Source of the DNA: Lama glama
Taxonomy: Eukaryota
Assembly (NCBI GenBank): GCA_028534125.1
Contig: CM052818.1
Span: 6,822,001 to 6,886,000, forward strand
DNA length: 64,000 nt
Direction of reading: 5' to 3'
The translations under genes and the position numbers were made by a program. The notes below the pieces were generated by a model, which was not told the origin of the DNA, did not search any database, and worked only from the letters and a program-made list of their open reading frames with translations. Positions 24,780 through 36,499 of this stretch are shown here, piece by piece (the first letter of the stretch is position 1; the number at the start of each line of letters is the position of its first letter).

Positions 24780-24990
24780 CCAGCTCCTGAACATTTTCTT
24801 TGTGCCAGCAACTATGCTAAGCACTTTATGTCAGTATTTTATTTAACCTTCAGAAGCCATGGAGTAGGTACTATTCTAACTCCCATTTTAGAGGAAACAG
24901 AGGCATACAGAAGTTAAATAAATTGTCCAGAGCTGGTAACATGGCAAAGCTAAAGTCTGATTTGACTTAAGAGAGCCAGAGCTAAACTAT
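24780..24990 (-). mobile_element. MIR SINE
   Basis: tgtgccagcaactatgctaagcacttta...cccattttagaggaaacagaggcatacagaagttaaataa is the MIR core in reverse. Confidence 0.75.
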
Positions 24991-25779
24991 CTCCCTCACC
25001 TGTAAGAATAACTGGCCCAACGAGTTAAAGGAATTAGAAGTTTTTATTTTGTCAACGTTTGACTACACTGCTGATTTTTTGTTTTCTTTTGGCTTCCTTC
25101 AATCACTGAGGGCCTTCTCTATTCCAAGCACTGTGCTAGGGGCTGGGGAAACCATAATACAGTGTGATGCATAAAAACAGAGGCAACGGAAGGTAGCTCA
25201 AAGGAAGGAGTGACAATTAGTTGTGGGGTGGGGGAAGAGCTTTAAAAAGCCTTCCTGAGTTATTTGCTCTCTTCCCTGCTGAGTGGCCCTGAACTGACTT
25301 GACTCAGGTGGTGAAGGAAACAAGGATGAGAAGGCTAACTTCTAGTTCTTTTAACGAAGCCCTGGACTGTTGACTCCTTGACCCAACACATTTCGTCATG
25401 CATCTTACCAACATCCTTCATACCCCAGATCTTGGAACGTAAGGGTATTTACGACTGCCACCTATCTCCCTGCCTGCCTTCCCCCAGCCCGCAATTAATT
25501 CCCAGTGAGATCCAAATCTGCTCTGGCACTGGTAGGTTTCCGTTAATTTTTATTACAAACAATATACCGAACCCAATCTCATAATTATAAAAGGCCTGAA
25601 ATAGGTTTTGGACTTGTGCCCCTAGGCTGAGAACTGTTCTACCGATGACAGTTGGAAAGGGTGGCCATTCTAGGCGTAAAAAGTGAGACAAATTGTTTTT
25701 TCCCCCAGGCAGCGGGGACTGCTGCATTCAAGACGACCAGAATGCATCATTTGTCTCTGTCTTAACAGCTGGAATGACC

Positions 25780-26830
25780 CTGAGCGGGTGAGAGAGGGTC
25801 CTGCGATAGCCCGGGTCCGGGAGCAGCGCGGGCCCCTCCCTCCCGGCGAGCGCGCAGGGTAAACAGGACAAGCCCGGGGCGAGGCAGCGAGGGAAAGTGA
25901 GTCCCCCCCGCGGGGCGGCAGACCCGCGGCGCAGCTGCCCGGCAGAGAGGATGCGCGGCCACGCGCGCTCCCTCGGCCCCGCCTCGCGGCGCTCTGGCTA
26001 TTCCAACGCCGCCTCCGCGCCTCAGCTCCCGGCCGCGACCCGCACCCGCCGTTCTGCCTGCAAAATGGAGGCGCTCGCACGAGGCGCCCTCGTCCCCGCA
26101 AAGCCTTTGTGCCCTTTCTGGAGAGGGACACTAGGCCCCGCGGCCCACCCGGCTGGACCCCGCAGACCGCAGGGTAGAAGGGGCCGGGCCGCAGCTGCCG
26201 GCGCCGCGGACCCCCAAGCCCCATGCCTGCACTCCGGCCGCTACCTACCGCACCTCGAACGCTTCGGACTCTCGGACCGGGCCTGCGGCGGTGCCCACGG
26301 CCCCAGCAGGCTCATGCGGCAGCCCCGCGGCGGGGGTCCCAGGTGGATACAGCGGCCCTCCTGCGGGAGTCCGGAACGCCTGGGGCGGGACCCAGCGCCG
26401 GCCACGCCCTTCAGGTCCACTCCGCCTCCGCGCGGAGGGCGCCCTTAGAGCAGCATGACCAATCCCAGCCCCCGGTATGGAAGCTCAACCAATGCGCAAC
26501 CCGCTCCTGCAAGAAGAGCCCACCCCTGGCACCGTCTTAGCCTATGGGGGGCCGGATCTTCTTTGGGAGGCTGTCCTCCCTCGCTTTCCGCGCTCTCGGA
26601 TCACGTTCGCTTTTTCTGGGCGCGCGGAGTCATGCTAGGGCTTGTAGTCTTGGGCGGCGAGGGGGGTGGGGTGGGTGCCCTGCGGCACCTTCTCCTTGTG
26701 TGTAGACTTACCCTGGCTTCTGGAAAACCATGCATTCATTCATTTGCGCGGGGCGCACGGCTATGTTTCCGGTGAGGAGCTGCCGAGTAGGCGGACCCAC
26801 AGTCTTTGTGCGTCTGTTTACGTTCGCATA
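25780..26830. promoter_or_regulatory. CEP68: CpG island / CEP68 promoter
   Basis: Very GC- and CpG-dense; GC box GGGGCGGG 26382-26389, CCACGCCC 26402-26409, CCAAT at 26459-26463 and 26489-26493; upstream of CEP68 exon 2 on -. Confidence 0.9.
26249..26370 (-). other. CEP68: Probable CEP68 non-coding exon 1
   Basis: Donor GCG|GTAGGT at 26249/26248 just downstream (on -) of the GC and CCAAT boxes; TSS position estimated. Confidence 0.6.
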
Positions 26831-29637
26831 TAAACAACCAGGCGAGTGACAGAAGCCTGAACAGGTGCCACCGGGCAGGAGCACCAGAGGAGGGCAAGGC
26901 TCCCCGGGCCAGGGGTTGAAGACAGCTTTAGGGGACAGGCGGAACTTAGGCGGGCTAGGAAAGGATGGGAGAGGTGTAGATAGATGAGCTGAGAGCTGCT
27001 TAGCGACTCTCTGAGCAGCCTGGTCTGATGGGAAACCGGCAATAGAATCCGAGGGGAAGTGGGATCCAACCTGTGGGAAACCATGATGCACATACCCTTT
27101 CACGACAACCTCCTCCCCTCTGCTCTCGCCAGCATGAGGCCTGAGAGCTTAATGACACAGGTCCTACTACTCAGCGGAATCCTGGGGCGTAGAACTACCA
27201 CCAGGCTGGGGTGGAGAAGAGTGGCTGTTCCTGCATGCTGATGCTTTTGCCCTGTGGCACTTTCAGCAATCTGGCCTCCATTAAATGCTTCACCAGTTCA
27301 TAAAACAGGTCTATAAAATGTCTGAATGCCTGCTGTGGGCAGCCTGAATTCCAGCGTACAAATTCTTTACTGTGGAGTTCATGGGCCCCAGGCAGTTTAG
27401 GAGATAAAAGTTTTCCAGAACCTGTTGTGATAGCTGGAGGTTGTGTCTAACACAAGAGTCACAAACTGACAGCAAGAGCAGAAACTAGCAGATGGGTTTA
27501 TTTGGGCAGCACATCGATTTTTTTCGCTTCTGCTTTTTAAATAAGAATTTAAATCCCACAAACACCACTTCTTTATTAAGTTAACAGCCAGCCACTTCAC
27601 ACATTTGTTACCTGCCTGACGCTGGAAGGTATTTGCATTTGTGACACACAGAAGAACTCTCGGGGAGTCACCTAATTCCACTGGCTGAGACTTGGGTCTT
27701 TCCCAGTCTAGACAACCAGCTGGACAGAGAATGAGACCAAGTCCAAACAGGTAACCAGGTCGAGCATAGAACCAGGGCACCACATCCAAGTGAAGGGAAC
27801 TTGAAAAATAACAAGGCCAAATGAATAAGGCCTCTAAAAGCCAACGAAGTTATGGGAGGTAGAATTTGAGATAAAAAGACTATGAGCAGAAAAGTACTGA
27901 TCACAGCAAAAAACCAGCCCAGTCTACCTGCTGTATGTCAGGTCTTGGGTCAAATCCCACCCTGATCTCCTCAACCAGCTGCACACTCTCCCTCCTTTGA
28001 ACTCTGTGTAGCATTGATAATTTTCTACCCTGTACGGTTTTCTCATCTGTAAGAGGGCACAGGATGGATGACACCTGAGGTTCCTTTCAGCCCTGATATT
28101 CTGTGATTTTGTGTGGTGAGCATCTTTTGCTTTTGCCTGACAAGTAATCTTTCCTTTGAGGAATTGCCTGAAACCCCCTGGATCAGATGATTCTTTAGGG
28201 GCATCACACTCCCCTGGCCTCCCAAGGCAGGAAGGATGGAGAAGGAGGAGGCATCGAGCCCAGGCCTGGCCAACGGTAGTCTCCTCTTCCTCTCCTCAGA
28301 GATGTAAGCCAACCTGAGATGGTTTCAACACTTGTCTGGGATTGCAGAGAATGAGGCTGGGAGAGAGTTTCTTTCTTTCCTCTGGCGTCTCTCAGTTTAA
28401 ACAAAGTAAGCCTAGAGCTGTGTATGGTTTTACTCCTTTTACTAGAAAAGCTAGGGGGACCCAGTCTGGAAATGGTAGAAACCCAGGAAGGTCAAGCAGC
28501 AGGAGACTCAGCCAAAGCCATGCTGTTCTAACATTTATACTGTTCCAGTAAGGTTGTATGCCTGCACTTTTAGTGCCACCAAGAATTATTTTTAAACACT
28601 TCTGTGATGTTAGTTATTCACTCAAGATTCAAGTTTTGGGCAGGACCACTGGCTTGTCCAGCTCTAGGTCATGAGCCTGGGTTCTAGCTATCAACAGGCA
28701 AGGAGATTTAAGGATTCTACTGTGGCTTCTACTAGACCTGTTGGCTTCTATTGTGGGAGGAGGGGCCCAGCCTCCTTCCAAGACTCAAAATAGGGAGGCT
28801 CCCTCCAAGTTAGAAGATATTCAGATGTTGGGGAGTAAAAAGAAACTGCACTATAGTCCATCTCTTAGGCTGCCCAATGCAACCATCTTTCCTACAACAA
28901 CAACAGTGCACTCATGCCTCCCCAAAGGAGGGCAGCTCAGTCTCATCAGATATTGTATCTGGCCCCAAGTCCAAATCTGTAGGTGATGGTCCATTCTTCC
29001 TCTAAGTTTCACCATCATCCTATCTCAAGTATTGCAATTTGACCAAATTTCAGAGTTAACTATCACTGATAAACTTTAAATACTGTTATGAAGAGGATGG
29101 AGATGAAAGAAAAGGACATTGCTAGAAACTCTAGGTTTATACATGATACAATAAGAAAGGAAATATCAATAGAGGCTAAAATCCTCATTTTTGAAACTGG
29201 TAATGAGGCTTCCTTGGCATTTATGATTTCCCATTTTCAGTACCTATTCCAGGTTTCCCATGACCTTCAAGCAGGCCAGTCTTTCCTGGTGGGGTTAACC
29301 AAACTTTCATTCTTGAGGATCTGCCTGGAGGTAGCACAGTAACTTTCCATTAACTTGCATCCCTGCGCACAGGAGTGATGAGGTGCCCCAGGAGACACCT
29401 CATGGGTTCCAGTCATAGTCCTCCTGCCTCTATCCCCTTGATAGTCAGGACCAGTCACCAGACAACACTGTAACCTCCAGTGGCCTAAGGAGACCACATC
29501 AATTTCTGTAACACCACAGCCCCCAAAGAAGAAAAATAAAACAACAAAACAAAGCTATAACACAAGGAAATTTTCTAGAAATAAAATATGTGAATTCTTG
29601 AAAGGAACCAAAGGTACCTGGGGAAAATGGACTCGAT

Positions 29638-30376
29638 ATCATCAGTCTCAGGGAAATGTAAGTCAAAACCACAATGAGATACAATGGCTACAACAGATGG
29701 GTAATGACAAGTGTTGGCAAGGATGTAAAGAAACTGGACCTCACACATTGCTAGTAGGAATGTAAAATTGTGCGGCCACTTTGGAAAACAGTCTGGCAGC
29801 TCCTCAAAAGGTTAAATATAGATTTACCATATGACTCAGCAATTCTACTCCTAGGTATATACCCAAGAAAGATTAAAACACAAGTTCCCACAAACACTTG
29901 TACATGAATATTCACAGCAGTATTTTTCATAATAGGCAAAAAGCGGGCACAACTCAAATGCCCATCAACTGGTGAATGGATAAATAAAATATGGTATATC
30001 CATAAAATGGAATGTTACTAGGCAATAAAAAGGAATGAAATACTGATGCATGCTACACAACATAAATGAACCTTGAAAATATAATGCTGAGGAAAAGAAA
30101 AGATCACATATTATGATTCCATGTATGTGACATATCCAGAACAGACAAGACTATAGAGGCAGAGAGCAGACTAACAGTTGCCTAGGGCTGGGGGAGTGGG
30201 TGATAGTGGGGAGTGACCACTAATGGGTAACCAGCTTCTTTGAGGGGTGATAAAATGTCTTTAAACTGATGATGATGATAGTTACCCAACTCTGAGTAAA
30301 CTAAAAACCATGGAATTACACACTGTAAATCGGTACATATGGTAGATGAATTATATCTCAATAAAGCTTAAAAAAT
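29638..30376 (+). mobile_element. LINE-1 (L1MB-like) 3' fragment
   Basis: aaaaccacaatgagatac, ccatatgactcagcaattctactcctaggtatatacccaaga, tgaaccttgaaaat, ending ttatatctcaataaagct. Confidence 0.9.
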
Positions 30377-30900
30377 GGATACAGGAGTCAGCGTGAGAGT
30401 TTCTCACTGGACAAATTTGGGACAATCTGTACATCCAAAAGGATAATGTTAATTGATTATAATGATTTTAAAAATGAGTCCATCACAATTTTCAAGCAAA
30501 TCATAAGGAAAAAAGGGAGAAAAAGAAAATTTCACCTTTACAGAATGACAAATGTACAGGGAATGAAAGATTAGACATTACCATTTGCAACCCCAATGTC
30601 ATAATTAACCAAGTCAAGGATTATTAATGGATGCTTAACTACTGGGAGAAAGACTGTCAGGGAAAAGGATATTCACACAGATTCTAAGCTTCACCCCACT
30701 GGCTACTTGCTAATTACAAGGAGAAAGTTACGCATTTATAAAGGAGAAATCAAGCAGTCACCATCATAACCAAGGGGTCAAAGTCAGTAATAATGGGACT
30801 ATCAAACACATGCCTCCTAAAAAGTATTCTTTCCAGAAATATTTAACCTAACTTCCTGCTTACAGGAAGTACAGTGGATACTTAGACAAGTTCATCAACC
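30377..30900 (+). mobile_element. Old L1MC/L1ME-type 3'UTR fragment
   Basis: ggacaaatttgggacaat, ccatttgcaacccc, tacttgctaattacaagg, aaccaaggggtcaaagt resemble ancient L1 3' ends. Confidence 0.5.
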
Positions 30901-30904
30901 CCAT

Positions 30905-31319
30905 AAGATTTACCCTGAGGGGACACACGATGGAGGAAAACCAAGATACTGGCCCTGGACAGTTACAGTGCATGTCAAAGGAGTAATTTCAATAAGCCCA
31001 GACTCGCATCTCCTGTACACAGGAAGGTACTAAATTCATTAACTTGAGCTGTCTGGTTTTCTTTAATTAGCAGTAATCTTTTATGTTACATCTACCTGGG
31101 TGGTTTTGTTCACTTGTTTTTGTTTTTGCAAAATCTCCTCCCTTAGAGTTTTCTCTAAGGGAGAAGCTGACTTGGGGTAAAAGTTGATTTTGGACATAAA
31201 ACAGAGGAAGGGCTCTTCAGAAGAGTCCCTGAAGCTGTATCCTGGGCTTAAGTCCTCAGTAATTCCATCGATAAAACATAATTCTCAACTTTCAGGCTGG
31301 GCATTTTTTTCAGTTGACA
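30905..31319 (+). mobile_element. ERV1-type LTR (3' part)
   Basis: Ends ataaaacataattctcaactttcaggctgggcatttttttcagttgaCA, an LTR-type U5 terminus seen in artiodactyl ERV1 LTRs. Confidence 0.6.
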
Positions 31320-31524
31320 TCACTATAGTAGCTCAACTACTTTCTATATCTCCATTTCAACTTTTACTCTCCTGTCAGTTTCAGTCCCATCTGTCTGTGT
31401 CTCTTTAAAGCCCCCAGAGAGATTATCTTAATAGAGGATATTCTTGCTGGTCACTATTTTCACTTTAAGCTACTTCAGCAGGGCTAGTCTGGCCACTAGC
31501 ATACAATGGGACTGATCTCTCTCA

Positions 31525-31985
31525 TGGACTGGAAAAAAAAATGCACATGAGAGCTGTGAGTTAAGTTTTATTCAGGGCAAAATGAGGACTATAGCCTGGG
31601 AGACAGCCTCTCAGATAGCTCTGAGGAACTGCTCTGAAGAAGCAGGAAGGAAGGTCAGTATACATGTGATTTTAGTGAAGGGGGATACGTGCAGTCAAGC
31701 ACACATTTTGGCAGAAGGCTGCTGCTAGCCACGAGGAGCAGATGTCTCCATGAATGATTTTAGCACTTTTCTAGATATGAGAAGATGTAAGAAGTTGGGC
31801 TCATAGAATCTCCTCCTGAAAACAGCTAGCTCTCTGAAGGCCTGTTCTACCAGTTTTTCCCAGAGCACAGAGAGCCTCATGCCTGATCTCTGCCCTAAAT
31901 GCCTCTCAGGGTGTATTGAAGGCCAGTGACTGCAGTGGCTCAGTGGCTTCATTCTCATAGAACCAGACAGTAAGTGACAGTTTTT
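31525..31985 (-). mobile_element. ERV1-type solo LTR, opposite orientation
   Basis: First ~50 nt are an imperfect reverse complement of 31269-31319; minus-strand AATAAA at 31567-31572. Confidence 0.65.
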
Positions 31986-32311
31986 AGCCGGCCCCCTCCC
32001 AGTCCATTCATGTGCCTCTGAGGTGATGCCAGACAGGACAACTTCTGCAAAAGAGCCCCTCAACTGGGGGCTTTGGCAGGCATCCTGAAGGTTCTGGAAG
32101 TGTCAAGAAAGGAACTTTGCTTGGCCTGTTCACCTCGGTCTCACTGATAGAAGTAAGGTGCACATAGAGGAAGCTGACTTGGACTAAAGGCTGATTTGGG
32201 ACGTAAGTCAAAGTGAGATGTCTAGGTGATGACTGTGGTCAGTGGGAGACATGGGGCTGTAGTTCAAAGTCAGGGCCGGAGGGGAAGAGGGGATAGCTGG
32301 TCATGTAGTCA

Positions 32312-32632
32312 TGTAAAAAATTAAAAACAGAAACTTCAATTAAATAGTCAGGAGACCAGAAGACAGAGCTCTCATGCCCTGTGATAACAGTGGAGCCCAA
32401 CAGGAAGAAGAAAGACTCCTCTCCCGGGAAGGACTCAGCAGTGAAAAGCCATGGACTGTTTGTCTGCGGTCCTCCTAACTTCCTTTCCCCTCTACAACAG
32501 AGTTCTCCCTCCCTTGCCAAGGGAACTTGCCCCTGGTTGCAGACCCTGACTTGCAATTTTCGGCTGATCTTGAATAAACTCATCTTTGCTAAGGAAATAT
32601 CTGGCAGTTCATTTGATTTAAGTCAACTGACA
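32312..32632 (+). mobile_element. ERV1-type (MER34-like) solo LTR
   Basis: TG...CA ends; gtcaggagaccagaag...gagctctcatgccct near the start; gaataaactcatctttgct...ggaaatatctggcag near the end. Confidence 0.55.
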
Positions 32633-33829
32633 TGATAGGGAAAGCTACACACAGGAAAGAGATTTCCATAGGCATGGAAGAGACTGGAAAGCTGGGAAAG
32701 CCAAGGCCACTGCTGTATTAATATAGCTATTCCTTCAACCACTTTTCACCTCTTCCCCCTCCTCAAGCAGGTAGCAGGGTCCGTGTTTACTTTCTCAGAG
32801 GAGGTTTGTGGCAAGATGAAAAAAGAAGTGGCCTACAAAACATTCCCTTCCTGGCTTTGTTTTCAGAAGTTGAAACCCCCTTGGGTGGCTGAGTGTGCAA
32901 TGGGGAGAGGAGACAGGAAATGGCTCTGAGGGAAACCTGAGCAGAAGCGCTGCTGGGTTTCCCCAGCCTGAAAGAAGTCCTCTGGCTGGGGGAAGGGCCG
33001 AGGCGCCTCTGCAGCCAGGACCTTTGTCCTGCTCCCTGACAACACTGCGTGTGGCTGGACCTCAGAGGGAACAGTGAGGGACCCCAACCTCACCAAATAG
33101 CCACATGTCCCAAGGGTGGCAGATAAGCTAGTGGCTATTAGAACTGAGGGAAGCGGGTAAACCGAGACAAGGAGGGCCCTGGCAGTGACAAGGGATGACC
33201 CTTCAGTGCAGGGTCTTCCAAGGACTTCCCAAGGATGGCCTGAGACAGACTTTCCTCTTGGTTTGGAGTTGAAATTAACTTGACTTAGATAATTTACTCC
33301 ATACTGGATTTTTAAAAAAGTTGTAGGGGATGAATTTACAACCTCAGTAATACTGCCCTGACCATCTCTCTACACTTAGCTTTTTCTGTATATGGGATTG
33401 TTTTTTGAAGATAGATTCACAGAAGTAGGAGAATTACTGATTGAAAGGAAGTAGACATTTTTAAGGCTCTGGATCCACGTGGCCTAGATGTCCTCTGGGT
33501 GGGCTGTGCCTTTTCAGATTTGGATTTGAAAACGGGGACCTCTCTTCAGTGGAGTGGGTGGGGGAGAGACTGGAAACCTATTAGGAGGCTAGTGCAGTAT
33601 TTCACCTGAGACATGAGGATGGGCCAAAGTAAGATCACGGCAGTGGGCAAAGAAGAAGGGACAAATTCCAGTGTCATTTAGGAGGTGACATCAGTGAACC
33701 ATCTCTGCCTGTCGGTGAAGGGGAGAGAGTAACCAACAGCACCCCTCTAATTTCCAGCTTCAAAGCCTGAATAGATGAACCTCCTGTCAACCAAGCGGTA
33801 GTGAGGTTTGCTGGAAAAAGCCTGTGTTG

Positions 33830-34030
33830 TGGATCTAACCGCCCTAATTCAAATCCTAGAACCCACACCACGCCCAACTAATTAGCCGCGTGGCCTTGGG
33901 CAAGTTACTGAAATGCTTTGAGCCTATTTGCCAAGATTTCCTCACTTGTTGAAATGGCCAGAGTAACATCTGTCAGTCTCCGGGTTACTGCAAGGACTGA
34001 ATGTGAAAATGTTTTTAAAGCACCTGGCCT
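33830..34030 (+). mobile_element. MIR SINE
   Basis: ttcaaatcctag...gtggccttgggcaagttactgaaatgctttgagcct...tttcctcacttgttgaaatgg. Confidence 0.75.
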
Positions 34031-36097
34031 ATTGTGGCGTTGAAGAAAGTAAAGAGAACTGATAATATGGATAAAAGAGGGTGTAGAGACTTGGAGAATA
34101 AAGAATATACGTGGTTTGAGAGAAACTGGGCTTAAGAGGTCTTCCTGAGAGTCCGTGGGTAGACTTTATCTTTGTATACTTTTCTTTTTTAAGAGAACTA
34201 GAGGTGTGGGAAGGGCTAGGGAAGAGTGGGTGGTGGTCCTGCTGCCCTTGGGCAGCGGTGCAGTTCTCAAGTATGACCACAAGATAGAGTCCATTATATT
34301 GGAAAAAGCAAGTGCAGCCTTCATCTGCCAAACATCCAAGAAGCATCTTCCCTGTGCTGGACTTGCCTTCCAGAAGCTTTTCCATGCTGCTCAGTGCCCT
34401 TGGAGGCTGACTTGGATTACATTCATGGGCTCCTCTGCTCTCTGACTTCCATCTGGGTTTGGCCAATCTGGGACCAGCAAGAACTCAGAGGATGGTTGGG
34501 GTGTTTATTAAACCTCTTTCTTGGGGCACACCACAGACTGCCTTCATCCTTCCCCAGTGAGGAGGGATGTCCTCCATCCAGCACTCGCTGTCCCTGCATT
34601 CCAATTAACCACCCTCTGTGGGTCTAGAGTGGTAAAGGGCCCCGAGATAATTCACTGTTCTGAGTTTTCCCTGCACCTTGCTCCTACCTTTGTCAAAACT
34701 AATTGTTCCTCAAACTGCCCTATTTGAGTGTGCCTTCTGTTTCCTGTTGGAATCTCGACTGATACAGCAGGCTTTCCCCTTGCATGGTAGCAAAATGGTT
34801 TGCAGCAGTCCCAAATCACACACCTTCACAGCGTATGGCTCAAGGGAAGGAGCAGTTCTCATTTATCTGCTTCAATAGAAGGAGGACAAAGCTTCTTGCT
34901 TATAAGCCCAGCAAACATCTCGATATTCTTATTCATCTATAGGTGGATCAACACATTTCTGTTCTCACCACCATCACCATCACCACCACCATAGTGATTG
35001 GTTTAGGAGTGGGTGAACTCCTGGAGCATTTTAATCAGGGATGAGTCTTACTCCAATTCACATCTTAAGATCACTCTAGAAAAAGAGGCATTAATTTGGA
35101 ACTTGCTGCAGGCATCCAGAGACCACACAGATGCCAGCTGTGGGATGGAGATATCAAGCCAAACCTGAGGTCTATTTTAGAAGTAAAAAAAGCATGATCT
35201 GCAGTAAATCTACTGATCAGGAGGAAACTGGGTAGGAGGTAAAAGAAGAAAGGAGAGGAACTGCTCAGTTGCTGGTCTGTTACTGAGTCGTGGCGGTGGG
35301 GGCAGGAATCAGGAGTGTCCAGCAGAGGCCACTCTGCGTCTCTGGTCCTAACTGCAAATTCCGACAGAAGAGTATGATTGGCTCCCTTTGGTCAAGTGCC
35401 CTCCTGGTCCATTAGCTACGCTGAGATGAGGAAAGGTTTACAGGAATGCATGTAGGAGGGCCTGCCTAAATTTGCTAACAATCTTTTAAAAAGGTGAAAA
35501 TACAGATACAAATAACTAGAATATAAAGCCTGCGACAGGTACTCTTTGGGGTGTCTTCCCAGCTCACCAGCCATCCAGTCCCCTTTCTCTACAGCCTGGC
35601 CACCTGCCCTGGGGTAGCGGCCAGGGGCAGCCAATGGCAGATAGACTCTGTTGTGAGAGAACAAACAAAAAGAACAACAACAAGATGGAGAAACAGATGG
35701 CGTATGTCTACAGACATGTTTCTGGTTCTGTGTCCAAAGAACTGACCATCCCAAGATGACTTGTGTCTACTTTGATTTCTCACTGATTCCAAGTTACCTA
35801 GTCATCTGTATACATAATTAATCTACACGGTGATTTTTTTTCCCCACATGCTAGAATAACTTTTAAAAATGGTTTTCAAGTTATTTTATGGGTCTGTGTA
35901 AATTCTCTGCCTACTTGATAAGCCCTCTGCATCCATGGAAACTTCTCTGTGAGTCCTTGTTTATACACTGTTCAGGGCTTCTAAGTTTTCTGGGGCACCA
36001 ATGTTTACTAATTCACTGGTGTAAATGGCTTCTCTATCTCTATGTCCAACCAGAGAGAAAGAAATACATATGTAATGTAGACATGAAATTTATCCAT

Positions 36098-36213
36098 ATC
36101 TTGTAATAACCTGTAGTGAAAAAGAATATGAAAGAATATATATATAACTGAATCACTATGCTGTACACTAGAAACTAATACAATATTGTAAATCAACTAG
36201 CCTTCAGTAAAAA
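36098..36213 (+). mobile_element. Very short LINE-1 3' tail
   Basis: atcttgtaataacctgtagtgaaaaagaatatgaa...actgaatcactatgctgtacac...gtaaatcaact; same family as the end of 13625-14234. Confidence 0.8.
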
Positions 36214-36269
36214 TTTTTTTCTACCTCTTTCTATCTTAAAAGATTATTCACTGCTTTTCAACTGGGTGA

Positions 36270-36430
36270 TGATGGACAAATTACTTAACCTTTAATTGCT
36301 TGTTCATAAAATGGTGATTGTAATAGTGCCAACCTCACTGGGTTGTTCTGAGGATTACATGGGATAATCTGTGCAAGCCACTTAGCACGGTGCCTGGTGT
36401 ATGGTAAACCAAGCACTCAATCACAGTTGG
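36270..36430 (+). mobile_element. MIR SINE
   Basis: ggacaaattacttaacct...taaaatggtgattgtaatagtgccaacctca...cacttagcacggtgcctgg. Confidence 0.75.
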
Positions 36431-36499
36431 CAGTTTTCTACATGAGAGAAATAAAGATCTCCAAATGCTCCTGCGGAGTGACCCCCAGCGTGTAGCGTG

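Noticed and set aside
25670..26775. Several 100-184 aa Arg/Gly/Pro/Ala-rich ORFs
   Set aside because: Expected from stop-codon scarcity in a CpG island.
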